DNA of 25,577 nt. Source: Bugula neritina (taxonomy: Eukaryota > Animalia > Bryozoa). A program made the translations under genes and the position numbers. The notes beneath the pieces were generated by a model, which searched no databases, had not been told where the DNA came from, and saw nothing but the letters and a program-made list of their open reading frames with translations. Positions 6,964 to 16,591 of this stretch are shown here, piece after piece. Position 1 is the first letter of the stretch; every line of letters starts with the position of its first letter. The DNA lies in NCBI GenBank assembly GCA_964035545.1, contig CAXIUT010000065.1:1-25577 (forward strand), written 5' to 3'.

Positions 6964-7128
6964 ATGCTTGGCTCATCGCCTCCAGCAGCCTGTTATTGTG
7001 CCGCACAGGATTATATCCCAATCGTGATCACGCGATCCGGGGACAAGACCTCTGCCGTGCTTATTTCACTGGCCGAATACGAATCATTGGTGAAAACACA
7101 GCATCTTTTAAAACATCGGGTTAAGTAG
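6964..7128 (+). pseudogene. Phd/YefM antitoxin remnant
   Basis: 7000..7113 translates AAQDYIPIVITRSGDKTSAVLISLAEYESLVKTQHLLK, the YefM core; the N-terminal strand/helix, the C-terminus and the toxin are missing. Confidence 0.65.
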
Positions 7129-7762
7129 AGGCGATGGAGGGGCCGGGATGGTCTATCCAGGCAACGGCAATGCTGTCATCTGCCGCGCGATGGGGAATGG
7201 CATAGCCTTGCGCTGTTTTCAGTGCTGGGTTTTGCCGCGCGGCGCGCAGTCCTTCTGTGAGCCCCCCCGATCTGATCAGCGCACGCTCTTCGGCATCCGC
7301 AGTGGATGTGAGCCAGGCATTGAGGTGGCGCAGCATATCCGCTTGGGTACTGACCCCAAGGGCTGCGAAAGCAATAGGCTCATCGACAAGGCGCAGCACT
7401 TCGCCAATTCGGGTTCTGTCCGTTGCCTCAACAATCTCTAGCTGCCCTTGTTCGGTAAAGGCGCACAGGATGACCGTCTGCTTCTTGGTGATTTGCGGCA
7501 AGAGTGTGGATAATTCTTCAACCGCCCGTGGCGGGGGGGATGCGTCTTTAAGCATGTCCATCGTGGTATGCGTGATCAACCATGCGTTGTCACCCAGCCG
7601 CATTCTGACCCATCCTGCCTCACGCAGATTATTCAGCGCGCGCCAAATACCCATACGGGACAGCTCGGGCAGAGCACTTTGCAAGTCTCTCAAAGCCACT
7701 GGAGCATTTTGCGCGACGGCGCGATAAACTGCCAAAGTGCGGGTGGTTGGGGTGCCGGCCAT
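7121..7762 (-). CDS. IclR-like winged-HTH transcriptional regulator
   Basis: RTLAVYRAVAQNAPVALRDLQSALPELSRMGIWRALNNLREAGWV is an IclR-type HTH; degenerate C-terminal effector domain; start site uncertain. Confidence 0.65.
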   Translation of the reverse strand: MAGTPTTRTLAVYRAVAQNAPVALRDLQSALPELSRMGIWRALNNLREAGWVRMRLGDNAWLITHTTMDMLKDASPPPRAVEELSTLLPQITKKQTVILCAFTEQGQLEIVEATDRTRIGEVLRLVDEPIAFAALGVSTQADMLRHLNAWLTSTADAEERALIRSGGLTEGLRAARQNPALKTAQGYAIPHRAADDSIAVAWIDHPGPSIAST

Positions 7763-8056
7763 ATTGGGAAACACTTTTTTTGGGGGTCGTTTGCACATTG
7801 TTGCACAAATCTGGGAGTACTAGAACCTGACGTCCGGAAAATTTGTCAGAGGGTTACATTTGCCTGTCGGGCACGCATGCAAATGCATCTCAGCTCCAGC
7901 CAGACCAGTCACGACCGCATTGCTTTAGTGTCGTGGTGTACGCTACCAAGGCCCACTCGTTAATTGTGCAAAAAAAACCGTTCATGCTCAGATCTAAGCA
8001 TATACATATTTGTTACAACTATACTACCCTCCCTATTTTCCGGTACTCCGTTAGAA

Positions 8057-8629
8057 ATGGACGAAACTTTCCTTCTCGCCATAAACGCCTCGATCTTGTG
8101 GGGCGTTTATGTTGGCCTGCTGACTTGGCTCTTGCGCTTCAAAACACTGGTGTTGGTCCTGCTGCTGGCTCCTTTAGTGATCGGGTCCACTTTCCGGCAC
8201 ATTGCCGGGATGCCAGAGTTGATCGGCTTCTACGGCACGTCGCTGCTTTATGGCGCTCCGGGTATCATCGCTGGTATGCTCTACGCGGATTATCAGCGGA
8301 CGAAGGCATATTTCGCCCGTATTTCAAAGACCTCATTCCTTGCCCGTGGCGGGATCGGGCTGTCATCGGTGTATCTGCTGGGGTATTTCGGACAGAAGAT
8401 CATTTTTGAGAACCCAATGGTCGAACTGGTTCTTGGTTACATCAAGGGTGGGGACCGTGCGAAAGAGATCGTCTCCCGGGTCGATTATGACGGGGCGCTC
8501 ACTGCTGGCGGGGTCATTGTGGCTTGTGCGGGGGTGCTCGCCTTCAATACTTACCGGGAACACCGCAGGGCAGGGCCGGAAAACGTCCCAGCCATCAAAG
8601 AAGAACAAGAAACAGGCATTTCCTCATGA
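8057..8629 (+). CDS. Polytopic membrane protein (about 5 TM), function unknown
   Basis: Several hydrophobic segments; probable start MDETFLL; ATGA overlap with the next gene. Confidence 0.75.
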   Translation: MDETFLLAINASILWGVYVGLLTWLLRFKTLVLVLLLAPLVIGSTFRHIAGMPELIGFYGTSLLYGAPGIIAGMLYADYQRTKAYFARISKTSFLARGGIGLSSVYLLGYFGQKIIFENPMVELVLGYIKGGDRAKEIVSRVDYDGALTAGGVIVACAGVLAFNTYREHRRAGPENVPAIKEEQETGISS

Positions 8630-9660
8630 AGAACCCCAAGCTCATTTTTGCCATTGTCCTTGGCGTGGTTTTCTGCTTCGCAGGCTATAACCTCTGGTCC
8701 TATTTCAAGGAACAACAGGCCATCCAGCTCGAAGAGGATCGTCTGGCCGAAGAGCGCCGGGTCCAGCGCGAACAGGAACGGCAAGCTCAGATCACAGCGG
8801 AAGAAGAAGAACGTCGCCAGCGTGAAGCTGAGGCTGAAGCGCGGCGTTTGGAAGAGGAACGCCTTGCTGAAGAACGGCGTCTGGCCCGGGAAGCTGAAGA
8901 AGAAGCCCGTCGCCAAGAGGCTGAACGCCTACGGGCAGAACAAGAAGCCGAACGGCTCGCAGAACGTATTTCCCGCGCTCGCACCGTTGAGCGGATCGAA
9001 GAGGTTCCCCAGGAACTGATAGACCAGATGAACGGTCTGTCCCGTCGCTACATTGCCGATCATCCCTACGAATTCCTGACCCAGACTTTCGATGGCAGAA
9101 CCTTTGGGCCTCGCACGAATTTCGAAAAGCTGATCCAAGGCGACACTGATGCCTTGATGCTGGTCTCCGCAATTTCAGGGAACACCAAGCACCTGGAAGC
9201 GCTGATCGGCATTGGTATGGATATAAACCGGGGGAATGAAGCAGGTTACACGCCACTCATGTTCGCTGCCGCATACAACACGCCAGAAGTCGTCAGTTTT
9301 CTGGTGGGGCAGGGGGCAGATATTTCAGCCAAGGCCTATGTCCAGGACCTGACCCCATTGCATGTAGCCGCGCTCTTCAACCCGAACCCCGATGTGATCA
9401 ACGCCCTGGTCGATGCTGGTGCTGATCTTGAGGCGGTCACAGAAACCCCCATGACACCCCTTCTACTGGCCTGCTCAGACAACCAAAATCTGGAAGTCGC
9501 TGAACGGCTCGCGGAGCTGGGGGCCGACATTGAAGCCTATTCCCCCGATGGCCTCACAACCAAGGGATTGTGTGAACAACGTATCCGTGGGGAAGGGGAT
9601 CGGTACATCAAGATCACCGATGAGGTGAATGAGCGTATTTTGAGCCGCCTCACGCCATAG
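8626..9660 (+). CDS. Membrane-anchored coiled-coil + ankyrin-repeat protein
   Basis: MKNPKLIFAIVLGVVFCFAGY anchor; E/R/A-rich helix; repeats GYTPLMFAA, LTPLHVAA, MTPLLLAC with ..GAD ends. Confidence 0.88.
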   Translation: MKNPKLIFAIVLGVVFCFAGYNLWSYFKEQQAIQLEEDRLAEERRVQREQERQAQITAEEEERRQREAEAEARRLEEERLAEERRLAREAEEEARRQEAERLRAEQEAERLAERISRARTVERIEEVPQELIDQMNGLSRRYIADHPYEFLTQTFDGRTFGPRTNFEKLIQGDTDALMLVSAISGNTKHLEALIGIGMDINRGNEAGYTPLMFAAAYNTPEVVSFLVGQGADISAKAYVQDLTPLHVAALFNPNPDVINALVDAGADLEAVTETPMTPLLLACSDNQNLEVAERLAELGADIEAYSPDGLTTKGLCEQRIRGEGDRYIKITDEVNERILSRLTP

Positions 9661-9994
9661 ACATCACTGGGTCGGCTTCCCATCCTTCTGACATTGCCAG
9701 TGCGTCCTCGCTGTCGAGGGTGCGCATGGCGTCGGTGCAGGTCTGGATGATTTCAGCGGCTTCACACATATCGTCAGCTCCGCTTCCCACGAGCTCGGTC
9801 AAATCATGAATGACTGACGCGTCAGTTTTCACGGTCATATGGAAATTATCATTGATCAGGTAAGATGCCATACCGTGCAAAGCCATGAGCTGATCGCGCA
9901 TATCATCAATCTGATAGCCCAGCTGATCGAGCTTATCTATCGCAGTCAGGAACTGCCACGTATCGAACTCCTCTGAACAAAGCTCGGCCCGCAT
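9650..9994 (-). pseudogene. TnpC-like (Tn4652-type transposase regulator) protein, probably 5'-truncated
   Basis: FDTWQFLTAIDKLD...RDQLMALHGMASYLIN resembles the TnpC family motif; the usual N-terminus is absent and there is no room for a promoter. Confidence 0.5.
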
Positions 9995-10008
9995 TAACGC
10001 TCTGCTCG

Positions 10009-10275
10009 ATGCTGACGATTAAGCTATCCAAGCGAGCGGACAAAGCGCTCGGTAAAATACAAACCAAGCAAGCGAAACAGATTGCTGCACGTATCAAACA
10101 GTTGGCTGACGATTCAGAAGCTTTGCCTACGGTCGAGCTGAAAGGATACGCGCCATGGCGGCGAGCAAAGTCCGGTGAATACCGTATCATCTACAAGATT
10201 GATGGGGATATTTTGAGTGTTGCCTTGGTTGGTAAGCGCAACGACGATGAGATTTACCGCCTCATTGAACCATGA
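10009..10275 (+). CDS. relE: RelE/ParE family toxin (orphan)
   Basis: IKLSKRADKALGKI...LKGYAPWRRAKSGEYRIIYKI...VGKRNDDEIY. Confidence 0.88.
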   Translation: MLTIKLSKRADKALGKIQTKQAKQIAARIKQLADDSEALPTVELKGYAPWRRAKSGEYRIIYKIDGDILSVALVGKRNDDEIYRLIEP

Positions 10276-10685
10276 GAGCTGACCAAGCAAAAACCATCCC
10301 CCTTGATCTCTATCTTGAGCACCAGGGGTACAAACCCGCAAAAACCCGAATGGGTGGGCGCGAGCTTTGGTATAAGAGCCCCATTCGCAGCGGTGACAGC
10401 TCTCCATCCTTCAAAGTCGATACCATCATCAACAAATGGTACGATCACGGCATTGGGCGTGCTGGCAACACACTCGATCTTGCTGTTGAACTATGCTGTT
10501 CTTCCGTTCGTGACGCTCTGCGTCACTTGGAACGCACCGGGTTGTACTCACCTTACGGATATCGCCAGGCATCCAACCCCACGCACCTGCCGGAGCTATT
10601 GGATCAAAAACGAGCTGCTATTGAAAAAGAAAAAGATGATGGCACGGCACTGAAGCTGCTTCACAAAGGGCCGGTCAAGCACCCT
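10272..10685 (+). pseudogene. DNA primase-like (CHC2-like + Toprim) gene, 5' part, interrupted by transposon
   Basis: ELWYKSPIR..DSSPSFKVD...WYDHGIGRAGNTLDL; the frame continues after the TSD as HP|ALLQYLDKRKI. Confidence 0.85.
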
Positions 10686-10723
10686 GGGGTCGAGTGGGGC
10701 TGAGTGCAGAAAACCCCGTTAAG
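10686..10723 (+). repeat. Tn3 left inverted repeat
   Basis: GGGGTCGAGTGGGGCTGAGTGCAGAAAACCCCGTTAAG. Confidence 0.95.
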
Positions 10724-10758
10724 GGTTTTGGCGGGCGTTTGAAATTTGAGATTGGCTC

Positions 10759-11310
10759 TCAGGTCTCGTTCGTTGCGAGATATCGATAGATGGTAGCCTT
10801 TGAGAGGCTGTAGTGAGCCATCAGGTCTTTGATCAGCGTTCCAGCTGCGCGCCTTTGGCGAAGCTCAGCGATCTGATCTTCTGAAAGCGCGGGCCGTTTG
10901 CCAAACTGAACGCCGCGATCCTTCGCCTTTTTGATCCCGTCCATTTGACGCTCGGCACGGATTTCGGTTTCGAACTGTCCGATGGCACCAAGCATGTTGA
11001 ACAGGAGCCGCCCGGTTGCGTCGGATGTGTCGATGTTCTGATCGAGGACGACCAGATCGACGCCTTTCTCGCGCAGGGTCTCGGCGATCTGACACAGGTG
11101 TAGCGTTGAGCGCGCCAATCGGTCGATGCGCGTGACGATGAGTTGATCTCCGCCGCGGATGTAATTCAGGCACTCTTTCAGCTGAGGGCGGGCATCGGTC
11201 GTGCCACTGCGCTTCTCTTCGAAGAGCTTGTCGCAGCTATCCAGCTTTTCGCGCTGCACGTCCAGAGATTGTCCAACAGAACTGACGCGGGCGTATCCGA
11301 CTTTGGCCAT
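10759..11310 (-). CDS. tnpR: Serine resolvase
   Basis: GYARVSS, RPQL, TRIDRLARS, C-terminal HTH SKATIYRYL. Confidence 0.95.
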   Translation of the reverse strand: MAKVGYARVSSVGQSLDVQREKLDSCDKLFEEKRSGTTDARPQLKECLNYIRGGDQLIVTRIDRLARSTLHLCQIAETLREKGVDLVVLDQNIDTSDATGRLLFNMLGAIGQFETEIRAERQMDGIKKAKDRGVQFGKRPALSEDQIAELRQRRAAGTLIKDLMAHYSLSKATIYRYLATNET

Positions 11311-11434
11311 GGGTTCTCATTTAGGTTTTGGATTTGTGCGACATCCATATTGAGACATTGAAAAAGACATGGCAAGCGGATGGTCTCAGTTTCTACAGTT
11401 TTAAAGACCCTCCTCTGACAGAAAGACGATCCCC
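11311..11434. promoter_or_regulatory. Probable res site / divergent promoters
   Basis: Lies between divergent tnpR and tnpA; tctca/tgaga half-site-like motifs; subsites not resolved. Confidence 0.5.
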
Positions 11435-14335
11435 ATGGCACACCGAGCGGTCCTGACCGCGCGACAACGCGCGGCCCTTTTCGACCTTCCGACGGATGAG
11501 GCGTTGCTGCTTCGGCACTACACCCTATCCGATGAAGACATCAATTTTATCCGTACTCGTCGTCGCCCCGAGAACCAGATTGGCATCGCGCTGCAGCTTT
11601 GTGCCCTTCGATATCCGGGGCGGCTGTTGAGGCCCGGAGAAATCATCCCCAAAGAAATGTCTGACTACATCGCTGCCCAACTTGGGGTCAAACCCGACGA
11701 CCTTCTGCCCTATGCCGAACGAGAGAACACGCGCCATGAACATCTGGAAACACTGCGCAAGATTTACGGATACGAGATGTTCAAGGGAAAGCGGATCAAG
11801 CAGATGCGTACCTGGTTGGATCAGAATGCTGAAGGTGCGCAATCAAGCGAAGGCCTGGTCCGCGCTTTTGTGGAAGAATGCCGTCGGCGACAGATCATTC
11901 TGCCGGGCATAACGGTCATAGAACGGCATTGCGCCGACGCACTCGTTGCTGCTGAGCGCCGGATCGAAACCCGTATTGCCGCGCGGCTCGACAGCCCGAT
12001 GCGTACCCGCCTCGACGAATTATTGAACGAAGAAACGGACCACCGAACCACCAGGTTCGTCTGGTTACGTCAGTTTGAGCCAGGCAAGAACTCCGCAGAC
12101 ATCAACCGTCTGCTGGATCGATTGGAATTTCTGAAGGCGGTTTCCCTGGTTCCGACAATCCTCGATGACATCCCTGCGCATCGGATCACGCGGCTGCGCC
12201 GACAGGGGGAGCGCTACTTTGCGAAAGGACTGCGCGACATCACCAGTGACCGCCGCCTTGCCATTCTGGCCGTGTGTGTCGTGGAATGGACTGCGGCCAT
12301 CGCGGATACCGTTGTGGAGACACATGACAGGATCGTGGGTAGCATCTGGCGGGATGCAAAACGGATTTGCGAGACAAGTGTAGCCGAAGCCCAAGCGGCA
12401 ATCGCAGAGACCCTGGCCGGGTTCGAGGCCCTGGGGTCAAGCCTGTTGATGGCCAGGGGGGATGATGCCGCCCTCGCCGGTGCAGTTGACACTTCTTGTG
12501 GCTGGACAAGCCTTGAAAGCCTGGTCGCGCAAGCAACGCAGCTTCAGACAACGGTAAAAGCAGATGTGCTGGCCCATGTGTCCAAGGGTTTCCACCGGTT
12601 CAAACGCTACGCGCGGCGTATGCTGGCGGCTTTGGATATGACATGTGCCAGTGTGGCTCAGCCTTTGGTCACGGCAGCGCACATCATCCGTGACAAACAG
12701 GATATCCCCGTCACTTCGCTGTCTTTCTTGCTGCCACGTTCGAAATGGCGGCCCCAATTCCGCGCGCCTGATGTCGATCAAGAGCGGCTGTGGGTTGTCG
12801 CCGTCCTGTGCCACCTGCGCGATGCGTTCCGTTCTGGCGATATCTGGCTTCCGCATTCGCGGCGTCATGCCGATATGAAGCAAACCCTTGTCTCCATTGA
12901 TGCCGCCCGCACCATGGGGCTTTCAATGCCACTGGAACCAGAGATCTGGATCGCGGATCGAAAGCGCCGCTTGGAAGATGGATTGAAACGGTTGGTCAAG
13001 GCCGTGCGCTCCAAAACCCTGCCGAGCGGGGTCATTGAAGACGGCGTATTGCGCGCCGAACGTCTTGAGGCCGATGTGCCAGAAGAGGCCAGTGATCTCG
13101 TCCTCGATCTTTACCGCCGTCTGCCCGAGGCGCGGATCACCGATATCCTCACAGAGGTCGACAACGATACCTGCTTTACCGAGGCCTTCACGCATCTGCG
13201 CACCGGTGCCCCGTGTCGCGACAAGATCGGCCTGCTCAACGTTATCTTGGCTGAGGGCCTCAATCTGGGCCTGAGCAAAATGGCAAATGCCACCAGCACC
13301 CATGACTTTATCCAACTCTCCCGCTTGTCGCGCTGGCATGTCGAAAGTGAGGCCATGGCCCGCGCCCTGGCCACGGTGATCGACGCGCAAGCCCGATTGC
13401 CGATGGCCCAGTTCTGGGGGGCAGGCACAACTGCTTCAAGCGATGGTCAGTTCTTCCCGACCACGCGCCAGGGCGAAGCGATGAACCTCATCAACGCGAA
13501 ATATGGCAACGAGCCCGGCATCAAAGCCTACACCCACGTCTCCGACCAATATGCACCTTTCGCCACGCAGGTCATTCCAGCCACGGTGAGCGAAGCGCCG
13601 TACATACTGGATGGTTTGCTGATGAACGAGGCAGGGAAGCAGGTCAAAGAGCAATATGCCGACACCGGAGGCTTCACTGATCTCGTCTTCGCCGCCACGT
13701 CCCTGCTCGGGTATCGTTTCCATCCCCGCATTCGCGACCTGGCCTCCAAGCGGTTGCATGTGTTTGACCTCCGCGCTGTTCCCAAAGAGCTGAAAGGGTT
13801 GACCGGGGACAAGATCCGGGAAGCGAAGATCGTTGAAAACTGGCCGGACGTTTTGCGCTGCATCGCTACAATGCTGTCAGGCCGAATGCAGCCAAGTCAC
13901 CTCCTCAAGAAATTGGCCGCGCGCCCGAGGCAACATGATCTGGCGTTGACCCTGCGGGAGATCGGCCGGGTCGAACGCACATTGTTCATCATCGAATGGC
14001 TGCTCGACACCGACATGCAGCGCCGCGTCAATATCGGCTTGAACAAGGGAGAAGCACATCACGCCCTGAAAGGTGCCCTCCGGATCGGGCGTCAGGGAGA
14101 AATCCGTGACCGTACCACCGAAGGTCAACACTTCCGCATCGCTGGCCTCAATCTGCTGACCGCCATCATCATTTACTGGAATTCCAAACAGCTCGGCAAC
14201 GCCGTGACAAAGCGACAGCGGGCAGGACTGGACTGCCCACCCGAACTCCTCGCCCACATCTCACCGCTTGGATGGGCACACATCATTCTAACGGGTGAAT
14301 ACCGCTGGCCGAAAATCCCGGTTCAAAATCCTTAA
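11435..14335 (+). CDS. tnpA: Tn3-family transposase
   Basis: 966 aa; SSDGQ, DTGG, LNKGE (DDE) and HISPLGWAHI; stop codon inside the right IR. Confidence 0.97.
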   Translation: MAHRAVLTARQRAALFDLPTDEALLLRHYTLSDEDINFIRTRRRPENQIGIALQLCALRYPGRLLRPGEIIPKEMSDYIAAQLGVKPDDLLPYAERENTRHEHLETLRKIYGYEMFKGKRIKQMRTWLDQNAEGAQSSEGLVRAFVEECRRRQIILPGITVIERHCADALVAAERRIETRIAARLDSPMRTRLDELLNEETDHRTTRFVWLRQFEPGKNSADINRLLDRLEFLKAVSLVPTILDDIPAHRITRLRRQGERYFAKGLRDITSDRRLAILAVCVVEWTAAIADTVVETHDRIVGSIWRDAKRICETSVAEAQAAIAETLAGFEALGSSLLMARGDDAALAGAVDTSCGWTSLESLVAQATQLQTTVKADVLAHVSKGFHRFKRYARRMLAALDMTCASVAQPLVTAAHIIRDKQDIPVTSLSFLLPRSKWRPQFRAPDVDQERLWVVAVLCHLRDAFRSGDIWLPHSRRHADMKQTLVSIDAARTMGLSMPLEPEIWIADRKRRLEDGLKRLVKAVRSKTLPSGVIEDGVLRAERLEADVPEEASDLVLDLYRRLPEARITDILTEVDNDTCFTEAFTHLRTGAPCRDKIGLLNVILAEGLNLGLSKMANATSTHDFIQLSRLSRWHVESEAMARALATVIDAQARLPMAQFWGAGTTASSDGQFFPTTRQGEAMNLINAKYGNEPGIKAYTHVSDQYAPFATQVIPATVSEAPYILDGLLMNEAGKQVKEQYADTGGFTDLVFAATSLLGYRFHPRIRDLASKRLHVFDLRAVPKELKGLTGDKIREAKIVENWPDVLRCIATMLSGRMQPSHLLKKLAARPRQHDLALTLREIGRVERTLFIIEWLLDTDMQRRVNIGLNKGEAHHALKGALRIGRQGEIRDRTTEGQHFRIAGLNLLTAIIIYWNSKQLGNAVTKRQRAGLDCPPELLAHISPLGWAHIILTGEYRWPKIPVQNP

Positions 14336-14368
14336 CGGGGTTTTCTGCACTCAGCCCCACTCGACCCC
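14331..14368 (-). repeat. Tn3 right inverted repeat
   Basis: Exact reverse complement of 10686..10723. Confidence 0.95.
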
Positions 14369-14373
14369 ACCCT

Positions 14374-14903
14374 GCCCTTCTTCAGTATCTGGACAAACGC
14401 AAGATAGCTTCAACGCTGATCGAAAAGTACCTTCACCAGATACATTTCACTTCACCAGGCCAGTCCAAAAATATTTCGCTATCGGTTGGCCTTCTGGATC
14501 GGCCACGAGGCCAGAAATTCGCTCTTCAAGGGTTTTGTTGGGGTTGGGAAGGACATCACCTACCTCGAAGCGCCTAACAGCTCTGTATGCGCCGTTTTCG
14601 AGGGTTTTTTTCGATTTCTTGGCTTACCTAAGTTTTCACAATCATTCTGAGCCACCATTTTCGGTGGTTGTGCTCAACTCAGGCGCTCTCAAGGCTCGTG
14701 CTGTAGCTCAGATACTTGAAGGCAAGTATGATGGGGTTCGTTTGTTTTTGGATAATGACCAGGGGGGTGATGCGGGAACAACTTACTTCCAGGAGCTTTT
14801 GGGGACGATTTCAGTTGATGACTGTCGTGATCAGTATCGTGGGTTTAAGGATTTCAATGAAATGACCATGAGTGACAGCCCTGGCTTTTCTTTTTCATCG
14901 TAG
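14374..14903 (+). pseudogene. Primase-like gene, 3' part (Toprim), three frameshifts
   Basis: Segments ALLQYLDKRKI / KYFAIGWP / GHEARNSLFKG..KDITY..VFEG / FDFLAY..FLDNDQGG..KDFNE change frame at about 14470, 14500 and 14608. Confidence 0.8.
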
Positions 14904-14947
14904 ATGTTTAGCTGTCCAAATATTTGTTTGAGCGTCTGTTAGGAAAG

Positions 14948-14956
14948 TTTTCCACA
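14948..14956 (+). promoter_or_regulatory. DnaA box
   Basis: TTTTCCACA matches TTWTNCACA; followed by AT-rich GGTTAA repeats (14967..14992). Confidence 0.65.
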
Positions 14957-15056
14957 ATGATTTCGGGGTTAAAAATTAGGTTAAAGGTTAATAATACGGT
15001 TGAAAAAGAGGTTGGGTTTTGTGGTTTTGCTTTAAGATCAGTATCTTCTGAGGTGG

Positions 15057-15377
15057 TAGCGTGAACCAGAACCCTGTAAATTTGGCTCGTAGCGTGAACC
15101 AGAACCCTATGTTCGACCCCTGTGTAGCGTGAACCAGAACCCTACATTGGAGCAATTTGTGTTCTAGCGTGAACCAGAACCCTACATTTTGTGGCCTCGA
15201 TTATATGAAACGTGAACCAGAACCCTAGGTTTTCATGTAAAACCCGCTCTAGCGTGAACCAGAACCCTATATTTGATGGTGATCGGTCTCAGATATTATG
15301 GGGTTGTAGGCGTGTAGAATCCGAAACGTGAACCAGAACCCTATGTTTGGCCCTGTGTAGCGTGAACCAGAACCCTA
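15057..15377 (+). repeat. Eight 20-bp iterons (replication origin)
   Basis: (tag/aaa)CGTGAACCAGAACCCT(a/g) starting at 15057, 15090, 15125, 15165, 15208, 15250, 15324 and 15358; adjacent to the rep 3' end. Confidence 0.9.
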
Positions 15378-15391
15378 TAGTATCGGGCGAG

Positions 15392-15400
15392 TTTTCCACA
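15392..15400 (+). promoter_or_regulatory. DnaA box
   Basis: TTTTCCACA in the same gttttccacaat context as 14947..14958. Confidence 0.65.
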
Positions 15401-15407
15401 ATTTTGT

Positions 15408-16591
15408 CTAGGTCTGAGCCTTCAGAAATTCCCTGCGAGCCTTCTCGTAGTCCCTGAGATTTTTGAAGTCGCTCTTCCTCGGTTCAAGCAGAGGGTATCC
15501 GGCCTCCCCTTCCACAGCGCCTTCTAGGCGTTTGGAATGAGCATTGCTCTTCACCTGTTCATGGGTGAAGGCGCGGCTTGGGTAGATGATGAATTTAGCA
15601 TCAACAACCTGGCGTCGGCGGGTTTCGGGATTGACCGCATGTTCCTTCAGGACCTTCACCTCGGAAACAATATCCAAAGCCTCAAGCGTGTTTTGTACGT
15701 ATCTCACATTGTCCATTACGCGCGTGTACGGACTGATGCCTGAGTGGTTGATCACGGTCGAAAGCTTGATGTTGTAGGACTTGAACGGATCGGCCTGCGT
15801 GAAACGCAGACTGAGGGTTTTACGGAACCAACGGCCAAGGAAGCTGTCGTCCTGGATTACATTATCATAGCCGATTTGACGCCAGTTTTTTGCAAGGATC
15901 GACTTGGCGACCAGTGAGTTGAGCTTGATGTAGACGGTGGCGTTTTTGCCAGTCTTACTCTTACTGTCCTTCTCGTTCATGTAGCCGAACTCAACAAAGG
16001 GGGAGAAGGTAATGCTTTCCTCTTTTGTTTCGCCCTTCAGCACGTAGCGGGTCTCTGAAAGCACCTGAAGTGCCTCTAGGACTTGAGTGTGATTGTAGGA
16101 TGGATGTTTGGTACCGTGGCGCTTCTTCAGCTCTTGCTGGATTTCATAAACGGTTGTGAAAACAACGTAGTTATCAGTCTTTGCTGATGGTTCATCCTCT
16201 CCATCGAAGAAAAATCCACGCTCGATGGAAAGCTTAAAAATGATGAACTCGATGATCTCCTCGCGCACCCCTGGAAAGACAGATTTGTAGCCTTCTTTCT
16301 GCTCAAGGCTGGCTGGCTTGATGGTGAGATTGTACCCTTTCCCGCGATGAACATAAAACTTCTCAACCGGCAGAGCTGTTCCATCTTCGTTACGTTTCAC
16401 CTCCCCTATCGTTCCGTCTGGACGGATATACTTGGCACGATCACCGCCCGCCACAAAACGCGGGATAGCTTCATAGAACTCAAAGGCGTTCGTGTAAGGA
16501 ACGTCTGTGAGGCGAAGAGCTCCAGCTGGATCGGTTGTTTTCCCAAGTCCTTCATCCTGATGTTTATGATAGGGTTCTTTGGTCTAGCCAT
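15408..16591 (-). CDS. Plasmid replication initiator Rep, split by a one-base frameshift near 16510-16545
   Basis: Frame A MARPK...QLELF (ATG overlaps the stop of the upstream gene) and frame B TDVPYTNAFEFYEAIPRF...FPGVREEIIE join into about 394 aa with one extra base; next to iterons and the par genes. Confidence 0.7.

Larger units (their letters stand above)
1..7768. repeat. First copy of 7,768-bp terminal redundancy (circular overlap of a 17,809-bp plasmid)
   Basis: Every ORF in 1..7768 recurs with identical translation at +17,809 (e.g. 573->18382, 6507->24316). Confidence 0.97.
10686..14368. mobile_element. Tn3-family transposon, 3,683 bp, divergent tnpR/tnpA, no cargo
   Basis: Perfect 38-bp IRs and 5-bp TSD ACCCT (10681..10685 and 14369..14373). 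Confidence 0.97.

Noticed and set aside
7828-7858. ctgacgtcc...ggttaca shared with 406..462
   Set aside because: Short matches with different spacing; not enough to call a site.
11525-14257. Many short ORFs overlapping tnpA
   Set aside because: Alternate-frame artefacts of GC-rich coding sequence.
14295-14903. 202-aa ORF as an intact gene
   Set aside because: It starts inside tnpA and the IR and only partly follows the real primase frame.
15057-15377. Repeat-spacer array resembling CRISPR
   Set aside because: Repeats are only 20 bp and non-palindromic; spacers are 13-54 bp and partly similar to each other; no cas genes; adjacent to rep and DnaA boxes, so these are iterons.
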